Of a stretch of DNA of 64,000 nucleotides, positions 27,828 through 41,615 are shown in pieces. Numbering within the stretch: position 1 is the stretch's first letter; every line of letters starts with the position of its first letter. This DNA comes from Dimorphilus gyrociliatus. Its lineage: Eukaryota > Animalia > Annelida. The stretch is from the NCBI GenBank assembly GCA_904063045.1, contig CAJFCJ010000011.1, positions 1,178,001 through 1,242,000 of the forward strand, read 5' to 3'. Below the pieces are notes generated by a model that searched no databases, had not been told where the DNA came from, and was given only the letters and a program-made list of their open reading frames with translations. The translations under genes were made by a program, and so were the position numbers.

Positions 27828-28283
27828 TAAACTAATAGTTTGTTAATGATTTCTTCATTAATTACATTTAATACTTGCTTTATATACAAAAAGAAGATGT
27901 TACCCTTTACCAGTTTTCTCTATTGCAAAAAAAAATAATACAATTCCTAGTTTATCTTTTATTTTTAATAAATATACAATTGGAAAAATTCTCAAACTCT
28001 GTTAAATTTAATAAAATCTCAAGAAGCAATATAATAACAATATAAAAATAAACTCGAATGTACTACGAAAAGAATGACATGTACAATATGTTTTCATCTA
28101 TTCGAGAAAAATTCTTTGCAACATTCGAATATATTATTTAATGAGTTTACATCTATAAATTAGATTCTACCAAGAAATATTCTCGAGAGTCATTAAATAA
28201 TAAATTATTGGCAGCATTTTTGTAAATGTAAGATATTGAGGCTCAGCTAACCAGCTAACTCCATTGAAACAAACAAATCGTTC

Positions 28284-30386
28284 ATGGATTCATCGCTTTC
28301 TAGGGCTTCGTCAACAGATTGTATAGAAACGCTAAAGGAATTATGCTATCAGAAGGTTGTTTTCAACCGACATACAATTTTCAAAGAAGGAAATCGGGTT
28401 ATAGATTTGCCATCACCAATTATTGATGAACTTATTATTCTTATAAACGATAAAGAAGTTGGAATTAGACCATTTTATCTAAATTCTCATCTGAGAAATG
28501 CAAAGAATATACAAATAAATGGACATCGTATTAAAAATGATTCAAATTTATCATTTTTAAGCAATCCTAATCTAGAAACATGTATAATAAACGATTTAAA
28601 ATATCATAATTTAAGCTATATACTCTCTTTAATCAAAAGTGAACATTTGAAAAAACTCTCTCTATCAGAATTGGAAGGCTCTAAAGTAAATTTGAAAACT
28701 GGTGATATATTTCCAAAAATTGAATGGAAAATATTTCAAAATCTTCAAGTATTGAAAGTGTGTTATCACGATTCAAATCATTACTTTCTAGAGAATTTAT
28801 GTATTGAATTGAAAAATCTAGAAGAATTGGATTTTGAATGTTTTAATGAAAATATTTATCCTATTAAAAGACTTACTAAACTTAAACGCTTTAGACTTAG
28901 TAACATAAGTCATTCTCATATAAATAATTCAATCTGTTCATTTGGAAATCTTGAATTGTTAGAATATTTTGAAATAAATGTAAATGAACGAGCAAAGAGA
29001 CTCGATTCCAAAGTGGAGAATTTCTTGAAATCTATTTCATGGCCAAATTTGCAATACTTCAATTACTTGCCTTTAAATAAAGTCAATTACATAAATGAAA
29101 TCTGGTAAGGAAATACATAAATTGATAATAATTATTATTATAACTTTTATTAATTTCTACCTTTTACAGTGATTTTGTACATAGACATCCTAAATTACAA
29201 TTTCTAGTTGTTAATATTGAACGTTCGTCTCCATACTATCCTTATCGAGACGAAACAAACCTTGAAGAGAAATTATCAATGTTATCAAAGAATTTAATTA
29301 TAGTTAATGTAAGAATTTTTCAATATGTTACTATGAATGTATATATAACTAATCTATATTTTCATCATTTTAAAGAATTACTACGGATTAACAATGCATA
29401 ATTTTAAAAAGATGTTTGCAATTATGAAAGAGGAAGAGGTTAAAAATTATATCCTTTTGAATGAGAATCTATTATACGGAAGCTGCTTTCTACATTATAG
29501 TAACGATGAAAGATTTTTAACATTAAATTGTTGGGAAAGAGAGAAATATTTCGAAGTTTGTCAAATAATTCTTAAATTTTAATGTATTTTAAGTATTCTT
29601 TTGTTTTTTATTCATAAAAAGATTCTCGTTGAAATGATGAACAGAGACAAACATTCCACTCGTCAAAGGATCGGATATTTACATTTTTACAGGCTCTTAT
29701 TTACCTTTAATCAATATAAAAGCTACTGTCATAGCGTTAAGCTTAAAAATAGGCTTATAAGAATGACATGCGATGTAATTCTACTTGAGCTTAGTTGTTC
29801 TGCAAAAGATGATCAAACATTCGATATATTTGATAAATATATTTCACCTTTTCGAATGGTAATTTACATTTTCTTATACCAGTTTCGTTGTTCTAATAAT
29901 TATCCTATACTTTTTCAGATGACTGCAATAGAAGCTGAAGATTGTCTAGTCGCTCTTAAAACCCATAGCTATACAGCCCATTTACAAATAATCAAGTTTT
30001 TAAGTGTTCTACTATTTAACTGTATCGATATAAGCAAGGTAAAATTAATCTGTCTCTTCTCTTTCTCCCAACTGAATTGAAGAGTATCATGTATTTAATC
30101 GAAAATCTTATTTCAGTTCTCTTTAGAAGTGTTAATGAAATTGAAAACACAATTTGCCGAAAGCTTTGAAATAAGAAATCGTAGACTCAACAGAATTCAT
30201 AGATCAAATGATAACACTGAAGACAGTTGCCTTATTTATCTATTTCTAAAATATTTTAAATCGGAAATTGAATTAAAAAGACAGAAAAAACTTACTGTGA
30301 TGCCTTGTGAAGATGTAAAACTACCAAAGAGAAAATTTCAAACTTTAAAGAAACTTTTTACAGATTTTCGTAAATTTTTCTCATAG
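28284..30386 (+). CDS. ZYG-11/ZER1-like BC-box LRR protein (paralog d, subtype I)
   Basis: TLKELCYQKV + LPSPIIDEL; six coding exons ending LKKLFTDFRKFFS*. Confidence 0.82.
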
Positions 30387-30449
30387 TGGAAAATGGCAAA
30401 TTCATAATTTTTAGGTGCTAATTATTTATTATATTTATAGAAATTACTT

Positions 30450-32361
30450 TTAAGAAAATGAATTTAAATGTATTTTACAAAATGTAGCAGTTTCATTAAT
30501 AATTCGTTTATCAGTATGATTCGACAGATCTTCTTCTTTCAAATTCTTAGTAAGGCAATCATTTAGTACTTTGATTTCTGTGAATGATAACTGTCGGATA
30601 AAGAAAAGTATTTTGTAAGTGAGATATTCATACTGTATATACTATATATTTAAAAACCTTTGATACTTCTATCTTTTCAAAAACAAGCTTTAAAAGCTGA
30701 CAGAATGATTCAATACATTCTGCATAATGAAAGTAATGAATAATCAAATTTCGCGCAAAGATATGTTTGTTGTGAATCTGCATCATTAATAAATATTTTT
30801 AATTTATACATTTATAATATTTAAATTAGTAACAAACGTGTGAAAGATATTCTGAACAGTAGAGTAAACATTTAGTTAAAGAACTTCCCCATATTTCAAA
30901 AGAATCATGTGAAATTATCTCGGATTTGCAGTCATTCTCAATTAATTTCGCAAAAAATTTATAAAATGTAAAGAATAACCTTAATTTCACGCCATTCGAT
31001 AAAAATTCACCAGTTTTCGTACTATTCTTTAATAAACAACTTATCTTTTTCAGGCATAGCCATCCCATAGAACTCAAATGATAAATCTCATCTTCACAGT
31101 TAATGTCGAACCATTTATAATAATCAAATAAGTTTAATAGAATCTAAAGAAATGGAAATAATAAGTTGAAAATCATATTATAGATACGAAATAATCATAC
31201 AGATATTTGATCCGATAATGTATTGTCTTTTGATAGACTATCTCGCTGTAAGCACTTTCTTATTGATTGATGGATAAAATTGGATGCTTCTCTTACTTGA
31301 CTACTATGATTTTGTAGCCAAGTAACAATTTCTGATTCCGATAGAAAACCATAGTTCTATGTTGAATATATAGATTAGAAATGATACAAATATATCATAA
31401 ATCTAACAATAATCAAATTTTCACTATTTAAGTGTTTCTTGAAATTCTCTTCCTTCGATGGAGACAACATTACTCTTAAAAATTCCAAAGTTTGGTGATT
31501 TTTAATAAAAGTCCTGCTTATGAAAACAGCTAAGTTAATGTTGTATCGAAAAAGGAGAAATAAGATACGTTACACTAAGTTCCCTTCATCTTTAATAAAA
31601 TAACCATGTATATCTAAAGACTTTATTTGGGAGTATTTAGCATGATTCAAGAAATCATCCAATTCTAAATCATGCGATCCGGATACTTCAGTGGAAACAA
31701 TCATCTTTTTAATGTTCTCTAAGGTTAAGAGAGACGAGAAAGTATCACATGACCAGAAGCTAATCTTCATTGAACAGTCCAAGGTATGTAGTTTTTTCAA
31801 TTTGGATAGAGGCGCAAAATTGTTTACATTATTAAACGATAAGTTCAACGTTTCAAGATTGATTAAATTCAATGCAAAATCATTAAGACTTTCATTTGTT
31901 ATATAACACCAAGATACATTCAAATCAACGATATTTTTTAAGTGTACAATGTGTCTACTAAGAAAAGTATCGTTATACATTGTTGCTAAGGCAACTTTTC
32001 CTCGACTTATCTTCAGAGCTTTTAAATGATTCGATTCGATATATTCAAGCCACTTGAAATTACTACAAGCTAAATTATCTATTTCTAAACTTTCAATATG
32101 TTTTCCTTGAAATAATTCAAAGCAATTGTAATCAATTAATTTGTTTCCTTGTAAGATTATCCTTGTGAATTGGCAATCAATTATTTTGAATATTCTCAAA
32201 TGATTTTCCGTTATACCTAGATCACGTTCATTAATATAATGTAATAATTCTTCTGATATTTTAATTGGTAGTTTAATTGATGTTTTATAACTTTTAAGTA
32301 AAAGCGCCAATGGATCTTTGGCTATTTCCTCATAAGCTAACGTCTTTAAAATCGTTGCCAT
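30450..32361 (-). CDS. ZYG-11/ZER1-like LRR protein (paralog e, subtype II)
   Basis: ILKTLAYEEI + LPIKISEEL; LRRs; FIKNHQTLEFL; six coding exons traced to KIHLNSFS*. Confidence 0.8.
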
Positions 32362-33031
32362 ATTTTTTCTGTAAAAACATTTAATACATAAATCATATAG
32401 ATAATTTCAATATTTTCCTATAGGTATAGGTGCTAGTTTAATGAACAACCTTTAAAATGTAGCTTATACAGATGAGGGCAATGATAGACAAAGAAGTAAC
32501 ATTTCTGAAATTGAATTTTTTTTAACACGAGTATAAACAATATGGCTACCGAAATTGGCGCCAAAAATTTTAAAACAACTGACTTATTGTCTAAAAAACA
32601 ATTAACGGTCAATTAAAATTTTTCTTTGCGGTTTTTAGCTACTTAACTATATTTTAAAGGACTAAATTAGGTTTTTTTATTAGTCGAAAGAATCGTTTAA
32701 GTTTAATTATTTAATAAAGTATGTAAAACTTATTTTTTATTGGACATTGTAGAACAAAAGAGCGAGTACTTTCCACCAATAGATGGCATTAAAAAAGATA
32801 AAAAGTTTTGATACCAGTTTCTAGACGAAACGTCAGTCTGGGCAAATCTCCGCTAAGGAGGAGCATGGGAATAGCTTTGAATTAGTGACAATTCTTTTCG
32901 CCAGTTTTGCATAAGTTTCAATTGTATAGACATTGAAAATGTGATTTGCTTAAAATCTATTCTGTTCATAGAGATAAATAAATTGAATTTTGCATTCTTT
33001 TCAGATTGTAAAGAACGAAAATTTAATCGTT
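32362..33031. promoter_or_regulatory. Divergent (bidirectional) promoter region between paralogs e and g
   Basis: Head-to-head starts 670 nt apart, both preceded by 5'UTR splice acceptors; contains ATTGGCGCCAAA (E2F-like on both strands, 32554-32565). Confidence 0.45.
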
Positions 33032-34884
33032 ATGAACATGTTTAGTTTGAAAGAGTTAGCCCTTCAAAAGATTGTAAAGGAAAGGGAGTCATTTTTTCAG
33101 AATTCACCAAAGAATGGTTACATAATCCCGTATAGAATTGCTGAAGAATTATTGAGTCGACTTGACGAAGAGGAATTTGGAATTCCCGAAAATTATATAA
33201 AGTGTTTTCTTGGAAAGAAAGCTATTTTGAAAAATGTCAAGATGGATGGACATCGTTTGTCTGACAAGTCTTATCTGTCTTTTCTGAAATGTAGTTATAT
33301 AGAAACAATTTCCATAGAGAATATTAGACACATGGGAATTAAAGATTGGTTCCATCTAGTTAATGGAAGTAATCTAAGAGAATTATCTTTAAAGCAGTGC
33401 GTATTTCGTCTAGGAAATGGAAATAATTCCAGCGTTAATCTCTATGATGAATTCGATTTGAGGTCAATGAAATGTCTAACGGTACTTAACGTTAGTTTTA
33501 CAAATTTTGATTATCAATATCTCAATTATATCTGCAAAGAATTGCCAGATTTGGAAGAATTGAATATTTCCAGTACATTAGTTGATGATTTAACGCCCCT
33601 TGAAAAGCTAAAAAATTTGAAGGCACTCAATTGTTCATATTGTCAAGATAGAGCTCTATATTTGACCTATTCGTCCTTACACCAGTTAAAAAAATTAGAA
33701 TGGTTAGATTTGTCCCAAATGATGGAAAGACGAAATGAAGAAGAGAAAATTTCTGAATTTATCGTATCTGCTCAATGGCCAAATTTACAACATTTGCATA
33801 TGTTTGGCTGTTGGCGATTAAGCCCCGAACTAATTCCAATTTTCTTAAAGAATCATTCCAAACTAAAATATCTTGGTTTGAACTATTCAGAACAAGGCTC
33901 TATAGACTTAAATGAGATTCGACAGAATTATCCGTACGGATCATTTCCTTTAGTTATCACCGAGTTGACTATGGAAACATTTCGAAACTTTCTGAAATAT
34001 TCTCTAACTGCCAAAAAGGAATTTACGGAAGATCTAATGTCAATTTACTTTAAGAATTGTCTTGCAATAAGCAATCACGACTACGAAATGACAATACTAT
34101 CGGATTTTGAAAAGAACCAAATACTAGATATTCTTATAGATTATATTGTTACGGCAAAAAATAGCTTAAATTCATCTTTAGGAAGTTTTGAGCTGTTAAA
34201 TTTTGTTGTTGGCTTTCATATCTATTGTTCCCTTTTTCTAAGATTTAAGGATTTATGCTCTGATTGGAGAAAAAAGAAAAAGATATTTGATAGCTGTTTA
34301 ACAGCTTTCAATCATTGTGTCAATGAAGAAAACATAAATGTTTTACATTTAAAGTTACTTCATGTTTATTCAAATTTCTTTCAGACGGTAATTCAATTAA
34401 TTCAATTAATATTATTCTGATTAATTGAAATTGTTTTATTTGTTTCTTTCTATAAAGACTCAAGAAAAATATGGAATAGCAATGAAAATATTCTCGAAGT
34501 GTCAAAAAAGTAGTGATATACTTGAGAGTATTCCTCTATTAACTGAATTATTTAGTACACTCGATTGGGAAGAGGTAGAGTATCTTCTTTCTTCTTTTTT
34601 TTTCGTGTTATTAATCTCTTTTAATCTTCATGTTTTAGTTATCGGACAAAAATATTCAAGAGTTACACTTGAGCTTTATCGGCTTTATTGATCAATCCAA
34701 AAGAGTTTTGAACTATACAGAATCGATTGTTCTATTGAAGGAACTCTATCAGAAAAAGCTTAGATTAAGAGTAAAGACGAGCTTACAATCGATTATTAAG
34801 ACAGTCAAAATTAATAGATGGACAAAATTCAAATTATCTCTAAGGAAGACTTTCAATCGTCTAAAATTGATAAAAAGGAAATGA
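33032..34884 (+). CDS. ZYG-11/ZER1-like BC-box LRR protein (paralog g, subtype II; three coding exons)
   Basis: MNMFSLKELALQKI + IPYRIAEEL; uninterrupted exon 33032-34387, then two short introns; ends KLSLRKTFNRLKLIKRK*. Confidence 0.85.
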
Positions 34885-35128
34885 TAAGAAAAAGAAATCA
34901 AGGCTATCTTTCTTTGTTTTTTTTTCCCCTTTTTTTTGAAATTCTTCTTTTTGCTATGATTGAATGATATTTAAAAAAGGAATAAAAAGAGCAGCATTTA
35001 CATTTAACTCTATAATTAATTTATTGTTTATTGTTTATTTGAACGAAATTAATCTAAAGAAAGGAAAACTTATTTAGAATATTGAAGTTTGTAAACAATA
35101 AACAAATAAACAAACTCTTTTCCTTTAT

Positions 35129-37298
35129 TCAGAATAAATGGGAATGGGAATAGGAAAAAACGTAATCATTTAAAGATGATGGATAAAGAGCATCTTTAAC
35201 GTTTAACAACCAACAATCAGTTCCTCCTCGGTTATCTATTCTGGCTGTACCAATACGACCATTTACTTCAATTGATACTCTTAAATTCCCATGTAAATCT
35301 CTTTCCTCTTGAACAGATTCGTAAAATTTGAAATTATTCTTACCAATTCTTCCTAATAATCCATCAATTCCAATATATTGTTCGTTAATACCCTTAATTG
35401 CTACGTCCAAGAAATACCCTGTAGTTGGTCTATGCGATCTTTTAATAATAATCTTAAACGATTGATGGAAGAAGTTGTCTTGAATTTTTGAAATATTCAT
35501 CAAATCCTTTTTCAAGATAACGCAATAGTTTCCTTTATATAAGGTTTGCTCTTGTAGAAAGTCGTCCCATTTAAGTATATGATGATCAGGAAATATAATT
35601 TGATCAGTTGTTAGAGTAATATTCCCAGAGGTTGATGTTAATTTAACTATATGCATATAGCAATCGTCCATTAATTTACCATAAACTGACAAATTCTCTT
35701 CAGTTAATTCTCTTATTAGAAGTATAACGTCACCAGCTTGACCGTAAACATCATAACAAATCATTTTCAATGCCTTTTCCCTCTGATCGAAAACTCTTTG
35801 CTTAATATGAGGATCTCCCGTAGCTTGAATGTCTGAATTTCTAATTAAGACATTTAACGATAGGCTAGTTGTATCCGTAGAATGTAAATCTTGACATTGA
35901 ATTTCAATTGTACATTTTCTATCGTTTTTATCTGCATTGTTGTACAAAGCTTCAAATTGAAAATATTGAAAATTCGTCTCCTGCATATCGAATTTAGTAG
36001 GTCCAACAATTTCTACATCCGGAATGGAAGGACTGTTCATTCTTTTTTAAGAAAAATTTCAAAAGATATATGATAAATTCTATTAGAAATATCTTACTCG
36101 CAACGACCGTAACCTTTAATTCTATGAAAAATCATGTCAACAACTTGACCTTCATTAACATCAACATAACCAATAAAACCAGCGGTGAAAGGTTCATTAA
36201 CAATTAAGACTATATATGAAAAATAGAGAGGAAAATGTCTTAAAAGAGAGAAGATATACTAACTTTGATATTTTAATATAGTTGTTGATAATTCGTAGAC
36301 AGTTTGCTTCTTATTATTAAGATCTAAACAATCTAAACGAATAAATACAACTATATTCTCAAAATTCGAATCTCTTTCGGCGTATAATCCAATATATTTT
36401 AATGAATTCTTTGTATATAATTGTTCTTTACCATAAATTACCCTTAAACGTCGTCGATTTAATGAAAAAACCCTAAAATTAAAGAAAATGTACTGTATAT
36501 ATATATACATTATATAGATATTTAAGTGAATTTCTATATTTTACCTACAAAACCCTGAACCTTTAACAGTAAAAATATTTATTATTTCTGAATGTCCTTC
36601 CAATATATTATTAACAAAGTTAACTTGCATAAGAAACGGAGATTTGTAAGGAAGTACTAAAATATTTGGCGTTTTTTTTAAATATGTTCTATTAATAAGA
36701 AACGTCTATTTAAGATATTTTAACGTACTATCATCATCTTTAACGATTATTAATTTTTCAAAAGTAACATTTTGACCATTTGATTCATCAATACAATCTA
36801 GACGAAATATAATATTTAGGTCTGATTCGGGTATGCTGTTATCTTTAATGTGTATTATATAATATTCCTCGATGTTATTTTCGTAAAATTCCGTTGGAGA
36901 AACACCAGAAATTTGAACTTTTGTTTTCGATGATAAACTCGATCTATTATATTAAGACATTAAAATGAACGTTAAATTGAACGCTTGTAAAAGCATAAAG
37001 AAGAGAAAATAATTCGACTAACGTGCACTTTCCCCTTCCACTCAATAGTTTAACATTATAAACTATTGAATCATCACTTTCTGCTACTTCACTTGGTCCA
37101 ATATTGACCAATTTTAGTAGATCAGAACTGACGAAATCTGAAATATAACATCACAAAATTTAGAGCGAGAGAGAGAGAGGAAGGGAGGGATGAGGAAAGG
37201 AGAGGAAAGAAAAAAGAAATAAAACTTTATCCTTTACCTAACAGCGTCAAAAGGAAGACGAATATGAGAAAATAATTATATTTCTTATATTCAAACAT
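35129..37298 (-). CDS. Secreted 3x Calx-beta-like + ITIH C-terminal domain protein (gene C)
   Basis: Signal exon MFEYKKYNYFLIFVFLLTLL; exons traced in frame through three repeats; GDPHI at 35804-35818; DDCYMH variant. Confidence 0.8.
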
Positions 37299-38191
37299 TT
37301 TCCTTATAGAATAAAAACAAAGAAAAAACGACAATAGTTCCTATTTCTGTACATTTTTGTTTTCTAAAAGATGTTTACTAACCCCTGTCCGATGACGACT
37401 GTGCCTAGTTTATCAGAACTTCATATTTTTTTTCTCTTTGAGGACTTTTAACGACAGTTAATTTGTTCAATTTCTTTTTTTGTTTTTTTACATATATATA
37501 CTTTATATAGATTTAACAAATATACAATATAACTGCAATTTTTAATGTCAAATATTAATATAGGACATCTATATGATCAATACGAAATGACCTTTATAGA
37601 GATTGTCCTTGAGATCGTATTTACAAATAAAGGTTTAGAAAGATATGTTTTTTTAGCTGTATAATTTTAAGAAAATATAATTCGATTGTATTAACCTAAA
37701 TTATATTTAGGTTAGAACTATAAGGTCCGTTTAGAATATTGTATAAGAAATATTAAATATAGAATTGTTGTAATGCACATTCCGAATGCGATCTTCTCGA
37801 GGATTATCATAAAAATAAACTAGACTTTTTTCAATGTATTGCAAATTTTTAAATTGCGGATCAGGAGTACTAGATATTATACTGTGTATTTAGCTTCTTT
37901 ATTTTCCTTTATGCTAGCTACAATAATCTATCTATAGGTAATAAAAAAAACATCTCTTTTGAGTTTAACATCAACGGCTAAAAGTTTTTCTTATTGTAGA
38001 ACATATGTAGGAAAAACAAAAAAGAGACCTAGATTGAAGAAGAGTACAGTACGAAATGTAATTGACATGGTAAAAAAAAGAGAAAGAAAGCAGACAGTTC
38101 TTTTAAATAGATTTCAAGTAAACATAGTTTACTTATGATTTGACTGTATTCATTTATGAATATACCAAACAAATGAAATGATAATATGATA

Positions 38192-40312
38192 TTAAACGTG
38201 TATATCTATATCAAATGCATACGGATCGGATGTAATGAAATCGCTCACGGTATTAGATATCAACAAATCTTTAATAGAAAGTAGCCAACATTCAACGCTA
38301 TTTCTCTCAACTATTCGTCCAGTTATTAAATGCCCGTTAATTGTTACAGCAACGTTCTGATCTATATAATTGCCTTTACCCCTTTGAACGGAATTATAAA
38401 ATCTAAAGTTATTTTTCCCTATTCTTCCCAAAAGTCCATCAGTATTATAATAGTTATTAGAGATACCATTGAATGATATATCTAGAAAGTATCCGCTAAT
38501 CTGGTGATTTGATCTAACAATAATAACTTCTATTGAATTCCTTCTTGCATTACCGTACAGGTAAGAAATCTGTAATCTATTCTTTTTAAATATAACTGAA
38601 TAGTTTCCAACAAAGTACAACATTTCGACAACAAAATTATCCCATTTCAAAGAAGCTCCATTACTAAAATGTATTGTTTCAGTATCAAATGTCACATTTC
38701 CCAGTCGAGATATAATCTTTATAGAATGCATATAATAGTCATCTTTTAACTGACCGTAAACAGACATACCATTTTTACTATTCTGTTTTAAGATAAGTAT
38801 AGTATCGCCTGAATTTCCAGAAATATCGTAACATATCGATTTTAAAGATTTTTTTCTGTCATCGTAAACCGATTGTATAAAGTGAGGATCTCCAACTATA
38901 GAACTACCAATACCAGGTATTTTAGTAATGTAAAACTGCCGTCTTTCCTTATATGTACTATTGTCCGATATATCTGTACATTCTATGTCCAAATGTTCTT
39001 TTCGAGTTAGCATGTGTTTAATACTAACATGAGTTTTAATAACTTGTACAGCTTGTGAAATATTCCCATTTAGTATAAATTGCCCTGAAGTGAGTAATTT
39101 ACCAACTGAAGAATCTAGTACTATTCTGATTAGAGTAGAGATTATAATATATTATCTTATAAGGGTTTGTTTGTTTGTTTTGTTTTACCTGCAAGAAGCA
39201 GACCCTGAACGCCGTAAAATAATAATACTTAATTTTTCAGACTCCATAACACTTTGCGACATCAACGTACTAAACGTAAAAGACGTTTCCACCATTGACG
39301 TATCTGATACCATATAAAATTCATTTAATATAGTAAAAACTATTAAAAGTAATCTACCTGTAACGTGTATAACTGTTGTAGGATAAAATAGCGTCGTTTC
39401 ACTACCGTCCTTATCATCTATACAGGTGAGCTTTAAAGTTGCTTCATCGTTTCCTTCTACAGTTGGATGACTTATTGCAAACAATTGGAATGAGACCATT
39501 TGTGAAAATTCAAGATGTTTTGCTGCTTGCGATAACTTGGATATCATTATAACATTCTTATTACTAGTAGCTAATCTGTTTATAGAAAAGAAGAAAAATG
39601 GAAGAAAAAAGATTTCTATATGCTTTTGTTTGTTTATTGACTTACGAGCAAGTTCCCGTTCCAGACACAGCTTCAACTATTAAATTAAATATTGAGCCGT
39701 TAAAAACACTACCATGAGCCATAACCCTTGTACTAAATTGGGATACAAATGGGACACCTGAAAAGAATTATCAAAAGCTTTTTATCGATTAAATTCCCCT
39801 CTTGTCTAATACTCACTATCGTCGTCTCTTATGGTAAAGCTTTCAAAAAATCTGACTGGCGTATTTGTTCCATTATCAGTACAATATAAAAAGAATACAA
39901 TCTTTTCATCGGGTTCCTCTATTTTATCATCAATTATTTTTAAAATATACGTTTCGAATGAATGATTCTCATTGAAGTTTACTGGTCGTTTAGGCATTAT
40001 TTCAACTGACTTGTTATTCGAGACGCTATGTCTTAATTAAGTAAAAAAACGAAAATATCAAGGTAATTAATTTTTAAAAATTCAATATTTACATGCAATA
40101 TCCTTCTCCCTTTTGCCTTGCAACATTATATACAACTGTCTTATCCCCTTCACCTACTTGGCATGGACCATCAATAGTAAGTTCTAGATGTTCACTAATC
40201 GCACACTCTGTTAAAATTTAATATGACTAAGTAAAATGTCAAAATTGATTAATATAATTATAAAACACTTACCGATAATAGTCAAAAACAAAACAAAACT
40301 AATAATTTTCAT
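38192..40312 (-). CDS. Secreted 3x Calx-beta-like + ITIH C-terminal domain protein (gene D)
   Basis: Signal exon MKIISFVLFLTII (donor GTAAGT); IDDKIEEPDEKIVF..TIRDDD Calx-beta motif; GDPHF at 38879-38893; ITI_HC_C-like tail in ORF 38192..39013. Confidence 0.82.
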
Positions 40313-41615
40313 ATTTTTTTTTTAATTTTCGTTTATTGTAGATTAAATAAACTTGTTTCTTGAACGCTTTTCTTGTAGTTGTTGTTGCTTCTATTACTTA
40401 CTCACATATATATATATATCTATATATGTATATATATAGCTATAGACGAAAGAAAATATGTCTATTTATAGTTTGAAATGCAGGATTGAGTTTTACTCTG
40501 GATAAAATTGAGTAAGATGTTCTTATACCTGGTTTTTTTTTTTTAAAAAAACAAATGTATTGATAAATATCTATATTGGAATAAAGGCAATATTTAAGCA
40601 TTAAAGGTTCTAAATGCTATGGTCTATTTCAATTGTAAAAATAGTATAAGTATGTTAAACTAATCAGCATTCATGCAAATTCTATTGTTTTTTAACATTG
40701 AATTGTATAGTAAGAGACAAAGACGCATTGAATCTTCTAAAGGATAACTTTATTCTTCCATCCACAGCAACAGTAGCCTAAGTTAGGCTCCTTGATTGAC
40801 TATTATGTGATAAAACAGAGATTTAATGGACTTGAAATGAATCACGTATTTAGTAAATGTTCGAAATAAAAACCAAAAAAAAATTTGCAAAAAGCGTCAC
40901 ATTTAGTTAAAATTACTGTATAGCCATAAAATTAAAGACACCTTTTTCCCTTTTTGATACGTGTTTGAACTAAACGAAATAGTTTTAGTCATTCTTATAC
41001 TGCATAAAGAACTTGTGGATAATAATCATTTTGAAAAACAAGATCATTCAACTATGTAAGCCTTCAATTTCTTCCCGAGCTTTCTACTTTAGATAGAATA
41101 TAACTTTAATCCAATCAGGATTAAAATCCGTATATAGTTGTTATAAAAAATGGGAACTCAATAATTTTATTTTATCTTTTATTGAAGTTGAATATTCAAA
41201 GAATATAAATGTTCATTTCTTTCTTTTTTTCTGTTTTTACATGAAATATATACAGTATAATGTTATAAAAAGGCTAATAGATCACCTTGAGATAAATATA
41301 TTCTCTCTTTATAGCACAAGAGAAATATACTTGTCACGACTCGTTTAATCTCCCGCTAGAAAACATATTCATTCACTGTCAAAAATATTTGTAAGGCCAA
41401 CTGGTCTTATGTTAAAAAGACTATGAAAAGATTGGCTCAAATTCTGGACAAATTTTTGCTACGAAACAATAAATGTTATATTATATTATAACACATTGTA
41501 ACAGATATTTCCGAATATAAGTTTTATAGAATTGTAATAAATAAAAACAAGTTATATTGTTGACTTTTACTTAAAAAGTACCCACTTTTTCTTTTAAAAC
41601 AATACAGTTTAAGAT

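Noticed and set aside
32400-32430. Symmetry centre of the inverted repeat (32414) falls in the e/g divergent promoter
   Set aside because: Inner gene pairs are not equidistant from this point, so probably coincidence.
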